Of a stretch of DNA of 64,000 bases, positions 39,040-52,959 are shown piece by piece. The position numbers and the translations under genes are program-made. Source of the DNA: the human T2T-CHM13v2.0 reference genome, Homo sapiens; the NCBI RefSeq assembly GCF_009914755.1, contig NC_060940.1. One strand, 5' to 3'. Positions within the stretch are counted from its first letter, which is position 1; every line of letters starts with the position of its first letter. The notes beneath the pieces are model-generated. The model was not told where the DNA came from and searched no databases. It saw only the letters and a list, made by a program, of their open reading frames with translations.

Positions 39040-39255
39040 GAATCTGAGAGATCCAGATCTGAATCTCAGTCTCTTGTGTCTTCACAGCCTGCCTGTATGA
39101 CTGGGATAAACAACCTTAACCATTAGTTTCTTCATCTGCAAAATGGGGATGTAGTACCTTCCTCACAGAGCAGTTATGAGACTAAATGAGGTCAAATACG
39201 TGAAATGATTAGCACCTTGCCTGGTGTTTTGCAAGTAAGTGTTCAACATCTGAGA
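39040..39255 (+). mobile_element. MIR
   Basis: 'agtttcttcatctgcaaaatggggatgtagtaccttcctcacagagcagttatgagactaaatgag'. Confidence 0.85.
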
Positions 39256-39518
39256 GGCACTACTAGTATCAGTAGTACTGTTGGTATTTATCAGGTGCCT
39301 TCTGTGTACCAGGTACCAGGTGAATCCCCAGAGATGAAAATTGGACCGAGTCTGTATTTTCAAGTAGCTCAAAATCTAGCAAGAAAAAATGGCAGGCAAG
39401 CAAGTAATCAGGGAACAATTGGGTAAGTGAGGTGACAATAAGGCATTAACATAAACCCAGACAAGGGGCAGTAAGGAGGGGAGGGGCTGCTTCTTGAAAA
39501 AGGTGACATATGGGATGA

Positions 39519-39833
<315 letters not shown>

Positions 39834-40817
39834 TGAATCTTAAACCAAGTGACAAAAAGGTAAGAATAATGACTGATACATTCAGGGATCAGGGATAGTC
39901 TGTGCAGAGGCCAGAGAGAAGAGTATGGAGGTTGGAGAAAGGCAGCCCTCCTCTGCCCTGGCTCCAGAGACCCCATGTCTGCCACAGCACAATTGTCTGA
40001 GTCCTGCAGTAAATGCTGTAAACTGTTGTTGTTGGTTTTGTTGTTGTTGTTGTTGTTTTGTTTGTTTGTTTGTTGTTTTCAGTTAGAAGCAGTGTCATTC
40101 ATACAAATGAAATACCAAACAGGACCCCCATGGCAGAGGCAACTTCTCATTTTATCTCTTGCTCCTCAGCGCTTTTGAGTCTCTCCCTGCATCACTTCCC
40201 TGCCCTACACCTGCCAGGTCTGTGGGTCCTCTTTCATGTTTGTAGTTCTCCAATACTCTTCAGGCCCAGTGATCCTTTTCAGACTCTTGTCCTCTAGAAA
40301 AGCAATTCAGATCTCGCCCAAGGCTTACTTCTCGGTTTCTGGCTATAATTGCCCTCATAGTACCCTGATCCCAGACTCCTACTGGATGCCGTCCGAAAGA
40401 GTTCTCGAAGCCCTCATCTGCGCTATAGGCACAGACCACTCTCCCCAGCCCTGACAACCCTGACCTCACATGCCCTTGGCATTTCCGTTCCTCTTCCACT
40501 GTTCTTTTTTTTTTTTTTTTTTTCTTAGTTGCAGAGTTTTTCGGAAGGACTGATTACCGAGTCTCTTCTTTCCCCAAGAGTACTTCTTTGTCACAAATGA
40601 TTCCACTCCTTGAGGACATTTGGTGACATTTAATTCATCTCCTGTTCTCTGCTTGGATGAATTCTGGGAACTCCCTGAGAGGAAGGACAAGGCAGTGGAA
40701 CATCTGAGCAATGCGATCTTTATGTGGTGGGTGAAGGTGATGGATTTTCATCTCCTTCTTCACGTTTTTTCCTGCTGCATGGGGACCTCTGGGCATTCTC
40801 CTTTCTCTTCCTTGCTT

Positions 40818-41029
40818 TTAACTGATTTATTCTTTTCAGGCTTATGACTTTTCTTTTGTGATAACTGATTTATTATTTTCTGATAAGTTATTCTTTTGTG
40901 ATAACTGATTTATTCTTTTCTGGCTTCTGACTTTTCTTTTGTGATAACTGATTTATTATTTTCTGATAACTTATTCTTTTGTGATAACTGATTTATTCTT
41001 TTCTGGCTTATGACTTTTCTTTTGTGATA
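40818..41029. repeat. Higher-order minisatellite, A-B-A-B-A (43/40 bp; 83-bp period)
   Basis: A='ataactgatttattcttttctggcttatgacttttcttttgtg'; B='ataactgatttattattttctgataasttattcttttgtg'. Confidence 0.95.
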
Positions 41030-42169
41030 CCAGTTTGTAAATGTGTAACTTGTCTGATCTTTCTTCTTTCAGCACCCACCTCTCATGCTATAGCGTTTGC
41101 ACTCCATTGCATATTGTTTAAGACTGGGACTCATTTGAGTTGTAACGCAGGTGTGAGAAGCTTTGCAAGGCTACAGAACTGTGTTCATCCGTCTCTTGAC
41201 TTGGACTATGGAAGTTGCCACCTGCTCAGATGCCCTGAATGGTATGTTGGGCTCTAAATTGGCCTGACAGTACCACAGTCCTCTTCCGATTTCTTGGGGA
41301 TGTCCAGGCATTGGATAATGGCAGCCCAGTTGCTTCTGCTTGCAGTGGAAGGAAGGGTTGGCATCGTTCCCCAGCACCCACCGTTTGCTGGGAAGGAAGG
41401 ACTGTTCTTCCCTTTCTTTAACTTGCACCTCAATGCATAAAGAATATCTGCCCTTTCCCCAACATGGGGCAGGGGTGGCCTGCTGGAATGGGAGTTCCAG
41501 CTTCTTTCTCAATCCCTTATTCACTCCTGTCATAGGAAGACAAGTTGCTAAATGACTGTGGGAAACCGAAACACCCTTCCAGCCACATATACTGTTAGAT
41601 AAGGTTCCTGGCTCTCAAAGGCAGAGCCCCACCTCCATTCTCCATTCTCCATTCTCCCTCTTCCACTCTCTCCATCCAGGTGCAGCAAGCCGTTTTGTGC
41701 TTCCTGTTCCCTGGACCCGCCCAAGCCCTGAGCAGGCATGGGTTTACCCTCCTTGTACCATCTAATGAGGCCGGGCAGAGCATCAGATGGGAGGTTCTGG
41801 TCACTCTCAGGCAAAGCCCTGCTCTCCAGCTCACTTTATGACAGCACTCTGCCTTCAGGGTTGTCATCACCTGTTCAGATAATAATCTAGCTCATCATTT
41901 TTCATCTGCCTGGTGTTCTTTGCGTGTTGCTTCCAGAGGCAGAATCCCAGAGAAGAGAGGGAACTGTCAGCTCCTAAGAATCACTCCTCCAGAAAAGCTC
42001 AGCAACCAAGAGGAAAAAAAAGAAGAAACACAGTGAAAGAGGAATGCTTTCCTTATTCCCACCCTCATCCCTCACCTATTCTTTCTCTACTTCCTCACGT
42101 TCCCTCCATCCCTGGGAGATTTACCATCTGCCATTCCCTGTGTGTCATACAGTTCTAGGCTCTGTGCTT

Positions 42170-42500
42170 CTGTCCTGCCTGTGCCTGAAATTCCTTACAA
42201 TTTTCCCCATTTGCCATCCAGCCAACCCCTGCTTATTCAAAACTCAGATTCAGCCTCCCTTCTTCCAGGAGATCCTTGACTCCCCAGCCAGGCTTAGCTG
42301 CCACTCTTCTGGGCTTTCCCAGTGCCCAGTCATGGCTCTCATCAGTGTATTCTCTAAAACCATTGACTTCTTCGCCTTCCCTAGCAATCTGTGAGTCTGT
42401 AGAAGAAAATGCCATATCAATCTAACTTTGTATTCCTGGTTCTTGGCACATAGTGGGTGAACTCACACAGACTAGAGATAAATCAGAGATGAATGAGTGC
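42170..42500 (+). mobile_element. L2 3' end
   Basis: 'cttattcaaaactcagattc', 'tttgtattcctgg..cttggcacatagtgggtg'. Confidence 0.65.
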
Positions 42501-42699
42501 CCCCTTGAGTCCAGGGCGTACCTGTAAAATTGCAAATATCTGCATGTACGAGTTGCAGGCAGGGAAACTGAGTCACAAGAAGAGTTGCTTGCATAAGACT
42601 TCGCTAGTAAATGGCAGAGCTGGTGCATGTGAAAATTTCTAAGGCAGAAATATGTACTTATTTAAAAATTTTTTAAAAAGCAAGAAATTGTCTAGACAA

Positions 42700-43026
42700 G
42701 TTTTTTCTTTGTTCGTCTGTTGTTTTTTGTTTTTGTTTTTGTTTTGAGACAGAGTCTCACTCTGTTGCCCAGGCTGGAGTGCAGTGGTGCGATCTGGGCT
42801 CGCTGCAAGCTCTGCCTCCTGGGTTCACGCTATTCTCCTGTCTCAGCCTCCTGAATAGCTGGCACTACAGGCGCCCGCCACCACGCCCGGCTAATTTTTT
42901 GTATTTTTAGTAGAGATGGGGTTTCACTGTGTTAGCCAGGATGGTCTCAATCTCCTGACCTCGTGATCCACCTGCCTCGGCCTCCCAAAGTGCTGGGATT
43001 ACAGGCATGAGCCACCACGCCCGGCC
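42700..43026 (-). mobile_element. AluY-like
   Basis: 'ctgcaagctctgcc', 'gggttcacgc', 'gttagccaggatgg'; flanks tagacaagtttt / tagacacaagtttt. Confidence 0.95.
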
Positions 43027-43829
43027 TAGACACAAGTTTTAACCCTGTAAATTCTGTTGCCTCTAACTGCAACCAAAGCCCCAATTCATCGCATTCTGCA
43101 GAGTGCTGCCCACATTCACTTGGGGAATCAGCAGCATGTACACCTCATTACTTCACCTCCAAACCCAGCTCACAAGCAGGCAGGATGCGCACCAACTGTC
43201 CGGTTAGCAGAGCTTCCCATTTAAATCAAATTCTCTTCTCCTCCCAAGCTCATTTCAAAGGCATTCATTGGTCTGAATACATGTGCTGGTGGAACGAAAT
43301 GACACTCACCCCAAAACAAAAGGAAAAAAAAAAGCTGATCTGATGTAAAATCTGTCTGCATTTCAGAGCTGTCGAGATGAAAAATGAAGCCACGAGTTTG
43401 GCCTTTAAAAATATTAATTTCTTATAAAGATGAACTGGAGAGTGGTAACTAGAAAATTCCCTTATCTCCTAGGAAGAAAACACAGGATGAAATTCTGGTC
43501 CTTCTTCTTGAGTCTTGTATGTCATTTCCAAATTCAACGATTACTTGTTCACGGTTCATTTATGAGGTTTCTGAGCATAATGAATGTCCGCACATGTCAC
43601 TGAGTTATTGATGAATCATTGTTTCTATTCTGAGCTCAGTTCACGTAGTTCAATGTGCTTTGGCTTGGCTGTCACTTTAGGGGATGATAGTTAACCCAAC
43701 GGAGTAAATCTGGCCAATTCCCGAGTGGGGGCAGGGGGTTGGGCTCAACTAAGGGCACCAACAATAAATGCCTCCTTGCTGGTAGATGGGAAGGACTGAG
43801 AAGACAGAGGGGAAATTGCTTGCATTCTG

Positions 43830-44640
43830 CTAACATCTGCAACGTCTGTAACAGTGTCTCTTCCAGCAGTTGTAAAGGATCCTCACTCTCCCTTTCCTCC
43901 CTCAGTCCCAGTTCCTCCTCCAGAGCTCCTCGTGATCATCTCCCAAAGCCACTCACTTGCTGTTCTGTCCTTTGAGGCCTCTGTCCACTTCCAGCTCCTG
44001 CCTCTCTTTCCTGGACCATTGCAGAGTCTCAGAACTGCCTCTCTGCTCCCACTTCCATCCATTCTCTCACTGCCTCCAGAACATTCTCCTTTTCTGAAAC
44101 ACTCTCCTCTGCTTGAAAGTACTGAAGGCTTCATCTTGCCTAGTGCAGCAATTCCAAATTCCTTATAATCTAGTCCCAAACCACTGTCTGGCCTCCTCTC
44201 CTTTCCCTCCTTCTGAACACCCTAGATTCCTGCCAAATATAATGTTATTCCACAAACCTATGAGGACCTTGCCTGCCCTCTGTCCTTTGCACATGCTCTT
44301 CCTCCAGCCTTTGCACTCTTTCCTTCCCTCGTCCACCTGGGAGACTCCTGCTGATCTTTTCAGACTCAGCTTAAATGTCCCCACCAAACCTCCCCTCCCT
44401 CTCCCCATTGGAACCAGCTCCACACTGCACTCCACCATGTTGGCATGTACAGTACATGTGGCTACCAGTTGATTGACAGATTGTCCCTGTAAGCCAGTCT
44501 GCTCAGGGCTATCTCTGACAAAATAGTGTGTTCCCCTTCCTTGGGGAGTAACTTTAGACAATTTGCAGTGGATACTGGGCTGCAGCCTTGATGCTGTTTT
44601 TTCTCTGGAAACTATGCTTGAAATATATTTGAATGAATAA
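43830..44640 (+). mobile_element. L2 3' region
   Basis: 'cctggaccattgcagagtctc', 'cctttgcacatgctcttcc', 'cagactcagcttaaatgtc', ending 'atatttgaatgaat'. Confidence 0.75.
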
Positions 44641-44683
44641 AATAATACATCTAGTAAAAATACATTTTCCTATTTTTTTCTAA

Positions 44684-45166
<483 letters not shown>

Positions 45167-45800
45167 AGGAGCCAGTGGTTTTAAACTGATCATCATCCAT
45201 TCCCTTTCTCAGACTTAGGTCCCTGGTCCTGTGTAGCCCCTGTTTTCTTACAAAACAGGAAGAAGCTCTATTGTTGGCCAGAAAGCAAAGCAAAGGAACC
45301 TGAGCACACAGGATTCTAACTCATGCTGTTGATTTCATTAGTATAGGTCTTGCATCGTAGATGCCAAACAGAGTATCCACTTACCTTGGTGGCCACAAAA
45401 CCACCTTGAGGACTAGCAAAAGAACCATATGGGGTCTTTTCTGTCTGTTCACCCCACCTTCTAAAATCCCCACCTCTCACACCTGGTCTCTGATGACACT
45501 TGTCTCGGATGTGACTCTGTGTCTGCCCCACAAGATGATGTCTTCATCTGCCATTTAACCCAACCCTTTCTGAGTTCTGATCATGTTCCTGCACCAGGGA
45601 GTGAGAATGGCAAAGCCAAGGAAAAACGTACTGCTGCCCTCACCGTACTCATGGTCTAGCGTGGAACAGCCTCGCTGCTTTACTGGGCTGCTGTGGGAAG
45701 GAACTAGCACAGTGTATGCAATCACTGGAAAAGACGGCTGGGGAGCTCAACAGCAGGAGACAAAGTCCATCCTAGTATTCCCAGAGATTCTTTCTCATCC

Positions 45801-46074
45801 TTTTATATATATAAAAAAAAATTTAAATTTATTATTTATATATTTATATAAATTATTATATATTTTCTATATATTTTATAAAAATTATATATTTATATAT
45901 ATGAATAAAATATATTTTATATTTTATATTTATAAATATATATATTTATAAATATAAATAAAAATTTATATTTATATATATAAATATAAATATATTTATA
46001 TATTTATATTTATAAATGAAACTATATAATTTTTATATAAATTAATATTATACATTCATATATTTATAACTCAT

Positions 46075-46113
<39 letters not shown>
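45801..46113. repeat. AT-rich low-complexity tract ending in (AT)18
   Basis: About 310 bp of almost only A/T; perfect AT repeat 46077-46112. Confidence 0.95.
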
Positions 46114-46117
<4 letters not shown>

Positions 46118-47039
46118 TTCTGGCGCCACCCAAGGGCCAGCACCTCCAGCTAAACATTCAAAAGCAGAGGAGCTGCATTCCTCTCCAGCGTGAGGGAACC
46201 ACACTCACCAAAGAAAGCCAAAACAGACCCCGTTGACATGCACATATTTCCACAAACATCATAAAAGTCCTTTTCACTTTATTTCATTACCAGACTATCA
46301 GGGAGAATTTCCCAGTGGAAATCTTCACCCAATTTGCTCCATATGGATTTTCTACCTTATTTTACTACTGAGAAAGCAGTCTACATGTTTTATTTGCAAG
46401 AGAATCAAAAGATGGAAAATTGTCACATGAGGGACAGTGAGAACAGGTAGCTGATAGAAATACAATTGACAGTTGCATCCTGGAAGAAGCTCTAACGGTC
46501 TTCATTTCTCTCAGCTTGATGTTGGGCCAAGTTTTTACTTCTTTAAAAGAAAAAAAAACTGGCCCTTAAAGCAATAAGATATTGATCCCTTAAATTATCT
46601 GTGTATTGAATTAGGCTAACAGAATCTAAGTTTAAGCAAATTTGAAAGAATGATCTTGAACACGAGATAACAGGCCCCGAGTTTGTACTCCCAGGTAATG
46701 GTGACCATACACTTTTACCATACCAGATAATCAAGAAATATTGGGTCTGCCACTCCTTAATGTAACGCTGGCATGTGCCTTGAGAATCCAGCACAGGCAG
46801 TTTGCTCCTGAGGAGGACCAGGGGTAAAGTTTATTCTCCCTTTTTCCTTCTCAACTGTAATTCACCCCTCAATTACTCCCTCTCTTGTATTCCCAAACTG
46901 CATTTTCTTTTCGCTCATATCCTGTGGTTTGTCTCAATTCTATGCAGCTAGGTGCCTGAGCTAGAAACTACCTACCAAACTGGTGCCTCATTCCCCTGGC
47001 TCCTCACATGAAACGTGCACTCCGGCCACAGAACTTAGC

Positions 47040-47260
47040 AGTCGCTCTGCATGGGGACAGATCCTGGCTCTGTCATTTCCTCTGGACTAACTAGGGGAAG
47101 TCATTTAACATTCTGAGCCTCAGTTTTGTCATCTATGAAGTGTGTCAGATGGTGAGGACCATGTCACAGGTTGCGGTGAGAGTCAAATAGGGATAACTTC
47201 CAGAAAACTCACAAAGGCTGACATGTGTTAAGTGATCAGTAGATGTTATTTATTTTTACA
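47040..47260 (+). mobile_element. MIR
   Basis: 'atcctggctctgtcattt', 'aagtcatttaacattctgagcctcagttttgtcatct'. Confidence 0.8.
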
Positions 47261-47311
47261 GTCATCATCAAAACCCTAATTGATAAGTAGGTATTTTTTA
47301 TTCCACTTTCC

Positions 47312-47591
<280 letters not shown>

Positions 47592-48624
47592 TTTTGTTCC
47601 ACTTTCTAAAACTCGCTTTCATTCCTCTGCTACTCTCCCTCCTGGACCATCTCGTCTCACCTGGATGGATATACTGTCAGTGTCAGGTTCGCCTCTTAAG
47701 TCCTCAGTACTGAGCACAGTGCCTGGCAACATATGGCCCCAAAATAAATCCCTGATCCATTGAATTGAATATTCTAGCCCTCGCTCACCAGTTAATTGAT
47801 GTTATTCCTGGCCACTTCCGGGACATGGGCAGAGGAAAAGCTATTGAACATGTATAATAGCCAAACATGGCATTCGTGATTTAGAAGAATTCGGAACAGA
47901 CCCAAAATATGCTTTGGAAACTCAAATCATCCATCATTTCTCCTATAAATTTCAGTAATCATTTCTGTTTGGTTTGTTTTAAGGATTTGATGCATTTAAA
48001 ATTTAAATGTGGGAAAGTTACGCCTTTTGTTTTATTTCCTAGTAGTATGACCAATGAGGCAAAGAATCCAAACTCATTAAGTTTCACACATAAAGGATTG
48101 AAATGTGTACAGTACTTACAGCGAGCACAGGCTGAGTGATGAAGCTCTCTTTTTAGGCCTTGAACACGTTGACATACGCAATATTTTTCATCCACAGAAT
48201 ATAGTAAGAACATCATCTCACACCATGAAACATTAATATTGGTTTTATGACTGTGCACAATGCAGTAACACATTGCTGAGCTGCCAAGAAATTTAAAGAA
48301 TAAAAAAGATTTAGACACTGAAAGAACCTTGAATCATTGAATTTGGGGAGGTAGGGAGGAAGGTTGGAGTATGCCTAGGAGCTGATTATGTGGCTTCCAA
48401 CAAGTGAACTAGAGCCAAACTATGTGTATTTTAAATGATTTGGATCCTTAGGTTTAGTACTGGTGGGTGTGGCTCAGTTCTGCCTAGTCACCATTCAGTG
48501 GTGGGTCAGGAAGCCAATGGGTTCAGCAAAAAAACCGGAATGACAGTCTGTCAGCATGGAGGTGACCACTGAACCTGTGGAAGGTAAGGAAACTACTAGA
48601 GGAAGGACAGTGACCAGCACTTGT

Positions 48625-48785
48625 GACACATGCTATCTCTTCCCTTTTTTGTACCCATAGTAGACATCACTAATCAATGGCGGCACCTTTGCCCTTTGAG
48701 TCCAGATATAACCTTGGGATCCTACTTAACAAAGGGGCCTATGCACAGTTGCCATAATTGATACAATTTGCCATATAAACTGAAA
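48625..48785. mobile_element. Ancient hAT-type DNA transposon remnant (family not assigned)
   Basis: 'gtagacatcactaatcaat...tgagtccaga...gatcctacttaaca...aattgat' resembles an old Charlie-like consensus from memory. Confidence 0.4.
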
Positions 48786-50047
48786 TGTAACATTCCTAAA
48801 ATTTTTAAAAATAAAAAACAAAGGTAGAAGGAAGCCCAAGTTTTGTCAATGAGGCTGCATTTTTAAAATGTAGGTAACTCTTTTCTTATCACCCAGTAGA
48901 TTCTTTAATGGCAAAAAGGCCAGGCTTGCTTAACTACTGTAGTTCTCTGTCAAATCACTACACTCATTTATTTGGTAACTATTGAACACCTGCTTTGTGA
49001 CAGCAACATACATGCTAATTGGTAGCTGTCCCATTATTTTGGCAGTTCTCAGTTCTGAGCCTTGGGACAGGGAAGCCTGGACCATCTTGCTCCAGATTTC
49101 AGTAAATTGGGTCCCCGGGATTTAAAGAGGAGATGAGGATCCCCGGATACGCTTGGAGGTATAAAGGTATCTCCAAGCCACAGTTTTCCCGAGACAGTCC
49201 TTAAGCGCCGTGCCCCTCAATTTTCCCAGCTGCGAAATGGGCAGCTGCTGAAAAAGAGACCCTGCAGCATTGTCATGAGGTTCAGATGAGAGAGATAAGT
49301 GCCTGGGTCATAGAAGATGCTCTGGAAATGGCAGCAGATATTGTCATTATGCTGATGTTGCTATTGTCGTCATTATTTTTTGTCTCAGTGTACACCCCTG
49401 ATGCATCGGATGGGAGCACCTTGCTCTCCATTCTTAGAAACTGTGCTCATGCACTTGAGCTTGCCTCCAAAGTCTAGAGCCTCAAGGTCGGCCTGATTAT
49501 TGACATGTTTGACTACCTAGCTCCAAGCAGGGAGAGCCCTCCAGGCCCTCAGTGGTGGTGTTCTCTTGAAGCCTGTGCCTCAAAAACACTGGTGAGGAAA
49601 AGCAGCTGTGACTGCAGGCTGAGAACCAAATACCCAGGTCTGGATTAGGTGTGTCACTTACAGTTGCTGCTCTGAGATCAGACCCAGGCTCAAATCTTGG
49701 CCTCACCACTTACCAACCACACACCTGTGAGTCACTGCAGCTCTTGCGTGCTCAGTGTCCTCATTTGCATCACAGGGATGGCATTCCGTGCCTGCGATTC
49801 ACTATGGGTCTTAACAAATCTATTCCTTCTCTTCCCCTCCCACTTCAGTGGTAGCTTCGCGAATCACGACCAAGTCATACCAGACCCTGTTAAGATTCCC
49901 ATGTAACAACAACTTTCTATGAAACAAGAATTTCACATACAACTTCTGGGGCCAACAGGGCTCCAGAATTTACTCCCTGCAATATCCATGAACTCCAGTT
50001 TTAAAACTCCAACCCATGAAAAGTAATTTCTAAAGGGAACAATGTGA

Positions 50048-50510
50048 AATACCCAAGAGAAATGAAAACACACATCCACAGAGAAACCATGAACATGAAT
50101 ATTAATAGCAAGATTACGATAATAGCTAAAAAGTGGGAACAACCCAAACGCCCATCCACTAATGAATTCATAAACAAAATGGGCCTGTCCATACAATAGA
50201 ATATTATTTGGCCATAAAAATGAACGAAGCACTGTGAGATGACGTATTTTTGTTGCTGAAGCCACGTGGCTTGTGGAACTTTGTTCCGGCAGCCATGGAA
50301 AATGAATGCAGATGGTGACTGCTGATGGATATGGAATTTTTCTTTGGGGTGATGAAAATGTTCTAAAATCAATTATGGTGATGGTGATGGTTGGACAACT
50401 CTGTAAATATGCTAAAAACAATTGAATTGTACACTTTAAATAGGTGGATTGTGCACTATGTGAATTATATTTCAGAAAGCTGTTACAAAAACAAAAACAA
50501 AAACAAAAAG
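50048..50510 (+). mobile_element. L1MB-type 3' end with A-rich tail
   Basis: 'atacccaagagaaatgaaaaca', 'ggggtgatgaaaatgttctaaaat', 'attgaattgtacactttaaa', (CAAAAA)n tail. Confidence 0.9.
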
Positions 50511-50511
50511 T

Positions 50512-51056
50512 GTCCCACACTATAGCCAGAATAATCTTATCAAGTCAACCGCCTGGTTAAATCACCACCGCAGGGATCCTTTTCCTCTCAGGAGACCAAT
50601 CTGAGCCTGTCCATAGATCTGTAAGACAAGTACCATCTGACCCATCTCCATCCAGCCCCTGCTCACACCACGTGTCCCTCTGTCTCGGCCCTCCAGCCCG
50701 GGGGTTTCCATCTTCACCCATGCCCATCCCAGGGCCTTTGCACATGCTATTCATGACCTGGAGTATTTTTTCACCTTGCTCCATCCTATTGTCCTCATTA
50801 CCTCTTAACCTCCCGTCAGATTTTAGCTCAACCATCAGTCTCTTGAGAAGCTTCCTGGTCTCTGAGAGACGGTCAAGTCCTTCATGGAGGTGCTTTCATT
50901 GCACCCGAACCTCTTCAGCTATCATTTCACCATTAGAATTTAGCATAAACTTATATGATTAATATCTGCCTCCCACACTGGGCTATAGTTTGTGTAAGAG
51001 CAAGGTCCAGGACTATTTCACTCACCTTTGTACCCCCAGAAACTAGCACATAGTAC
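50512..51056 (+). mobile_element. L2 3' region
   Basis: 'cagggcctttgcacatgctattc', 'tttgtacccccagaaactagcacatagta'. Confidence 0.75.
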
Positions 51057-51059
51057 TCT

Positions 51060-52125
51060 TTATTGTATTTTTTTAATTGATGTAAAATTCACATAACATA
51101 AAATTAACCACGTTAAAGTGAACAATTCAGTGGCGTTTAGTACGTTAATTGATGTGAAATTCACATAACACGAAACTAACCATGTTAAAGTGACAAGTTG
51201 AGTGGCATTTAGTACTTTCACGATGTTGTGCATCCACCACCTCCAGCTGGTCTTAAAATATCTTTATCATCCCAAAAGGAAACTCCAGAGCCATTAAGTA
51301 GCCTCTCCCACTTCTTCCTCCCTGACCCCAGTCCCTGGCAAAAAACAACCTCCTTTCTGTCTCTGTGGATTTATCCATTCTGGACCTTCCATATAAATGA
51401 ACTCATTCAATCTGTGACATTTTCGTGTCTGGAGTTTTTCACTTAGCATAATGTTTTCAAGGTTCTTCCATGTTGTAGCATGCATCAGTATTTCATCCCT
51501 TTTTATGGCTGAATAATATTTTCTTGTATGGGTAGAGCACATTTTGTTTATCCATTCGTCTGTTTATGGACATTTGGCACTGTTTCTACCTTCTGGCTAA
51601 TGTGCTGTTCTATGAAGGTGTGCATACATGTATTTCTTTGAGTGCCTGTTTCTAATTCTTTGGGGTATATATCTAGAAGTAGTAGCTCTATGTTTAACTT
51701 TTTGAGGAACCATCATACTAGCACCATATGTGGTATTACACATAGCAGTGATACCATTTTATATTCTAACCAACAGTACACAAGAATTCCAGTTTCTCCA
51801 CATCCCTCCCAGCCCTTGCTATTTTCTGTTGTTGCTGTTTTTTATGCTAGCCATTCTAGTGTCTATGAGGTGCCATCTCATAGTTTTGACTTACATTTAT
51901 CTCATGATTAGTGATACTGAACATTTTTTCATGCGTTCATTGGCCATTTGTATATCTTCTTTGGAGAAATGTTGATTCAAGTATTTTGCCTACATTTTAA
52001 CTATGTTGTGGAGTTATAAATGTTGCCTACATGTTCTGGATAGTAGACCCTTATCAGATGTATGATTTGCTGAATATTTTTATTCCATTCTGTAAGTTGT
52101 CTTTTCACTTTCTTTATAATGTCCA
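51060..52125 (-). mobile_element. L1MB-type 3' about 1 kb, with a duplicated terminal 72 bp
   Basis: 'tttttatggctgaataatatt', 'tttaactttttgaggaacc', 'ttggccatttgtatatcttctttggagaaatg', 'cccttatcagatgtatgatttgc'. Confidence 0.9.
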
Positions 52126-52959
52126 CTTCATTGTATTTTTAACCAACTAAATAACTAATAAGTCCAGTGACAGGCATTTAGATGACATTTGTGGGCAAAA
52201 CAATCAAGGACTCCCATATGCAATTACTAATTTATAGCTCCCTGGATACCTGGGGGTCAGGAATCAGTCTGTTGATTGGCTGCGGGCTTTCACTTCCATC
52301 CAAGCATCAGGTCACATGGTGCCGTCATAGCTGCAGACTCACTTGTGAATAATGGATGTCTTCATATAGGAAGGGTTAAACAGCCCCTGTCCTACTGTGT
52401 CCACTGACCAAGTCCCCTTCATGATTTATGGATGATCACATTAAAGGAAGAAGAGAGGAATAGGAGAAGATGAGGTTTCCCAGCACGTCCTTTTCAGGAC
52501 CTCCATGTCACGCCTCACTGCCAATTAACATTTACTTGAATTCTTGGTTCCCTCCCCAGCAGCTGTTGGGTCCAGCTCTCTGGGGATGTCTGAGATATAA
52601 ATGCTCAGACCTGCACACTGACATTTAAAGAGCCAGTGAGGGGTCTGCATTCTTTATTTAACACCTTCTTTCTGTTGCAATATGAGGTCCTCCCAGATGC
52701 CCCTATGGGAATTACTAATGGCCATCACATCTTGGTTCAGGGAATGGTTGTCTGCTTTTAAGCAAAGCCTGAGACTCATGGGTTTGTACTGCTTCCCAGA
52801 GGGCTGAGGAGGAGAAAGGGGTAGGAAGGCCACATCCGTCACCCTGTGATGGATGCACCTTGTGATACATCCCCCTCGAAATCACGTAGATGCATCCAAA
52901 AGCCCTTAACCATTATATTTTGCTCTGATAATAAAGCTTAGTCTTTTATGACCACTAAA

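Noticed and set aside
49933-50520. 195-aa minus-strand ORF
   Set aside because: Antisense reading of an L1MB 3' UTR and MLT1 fragment.
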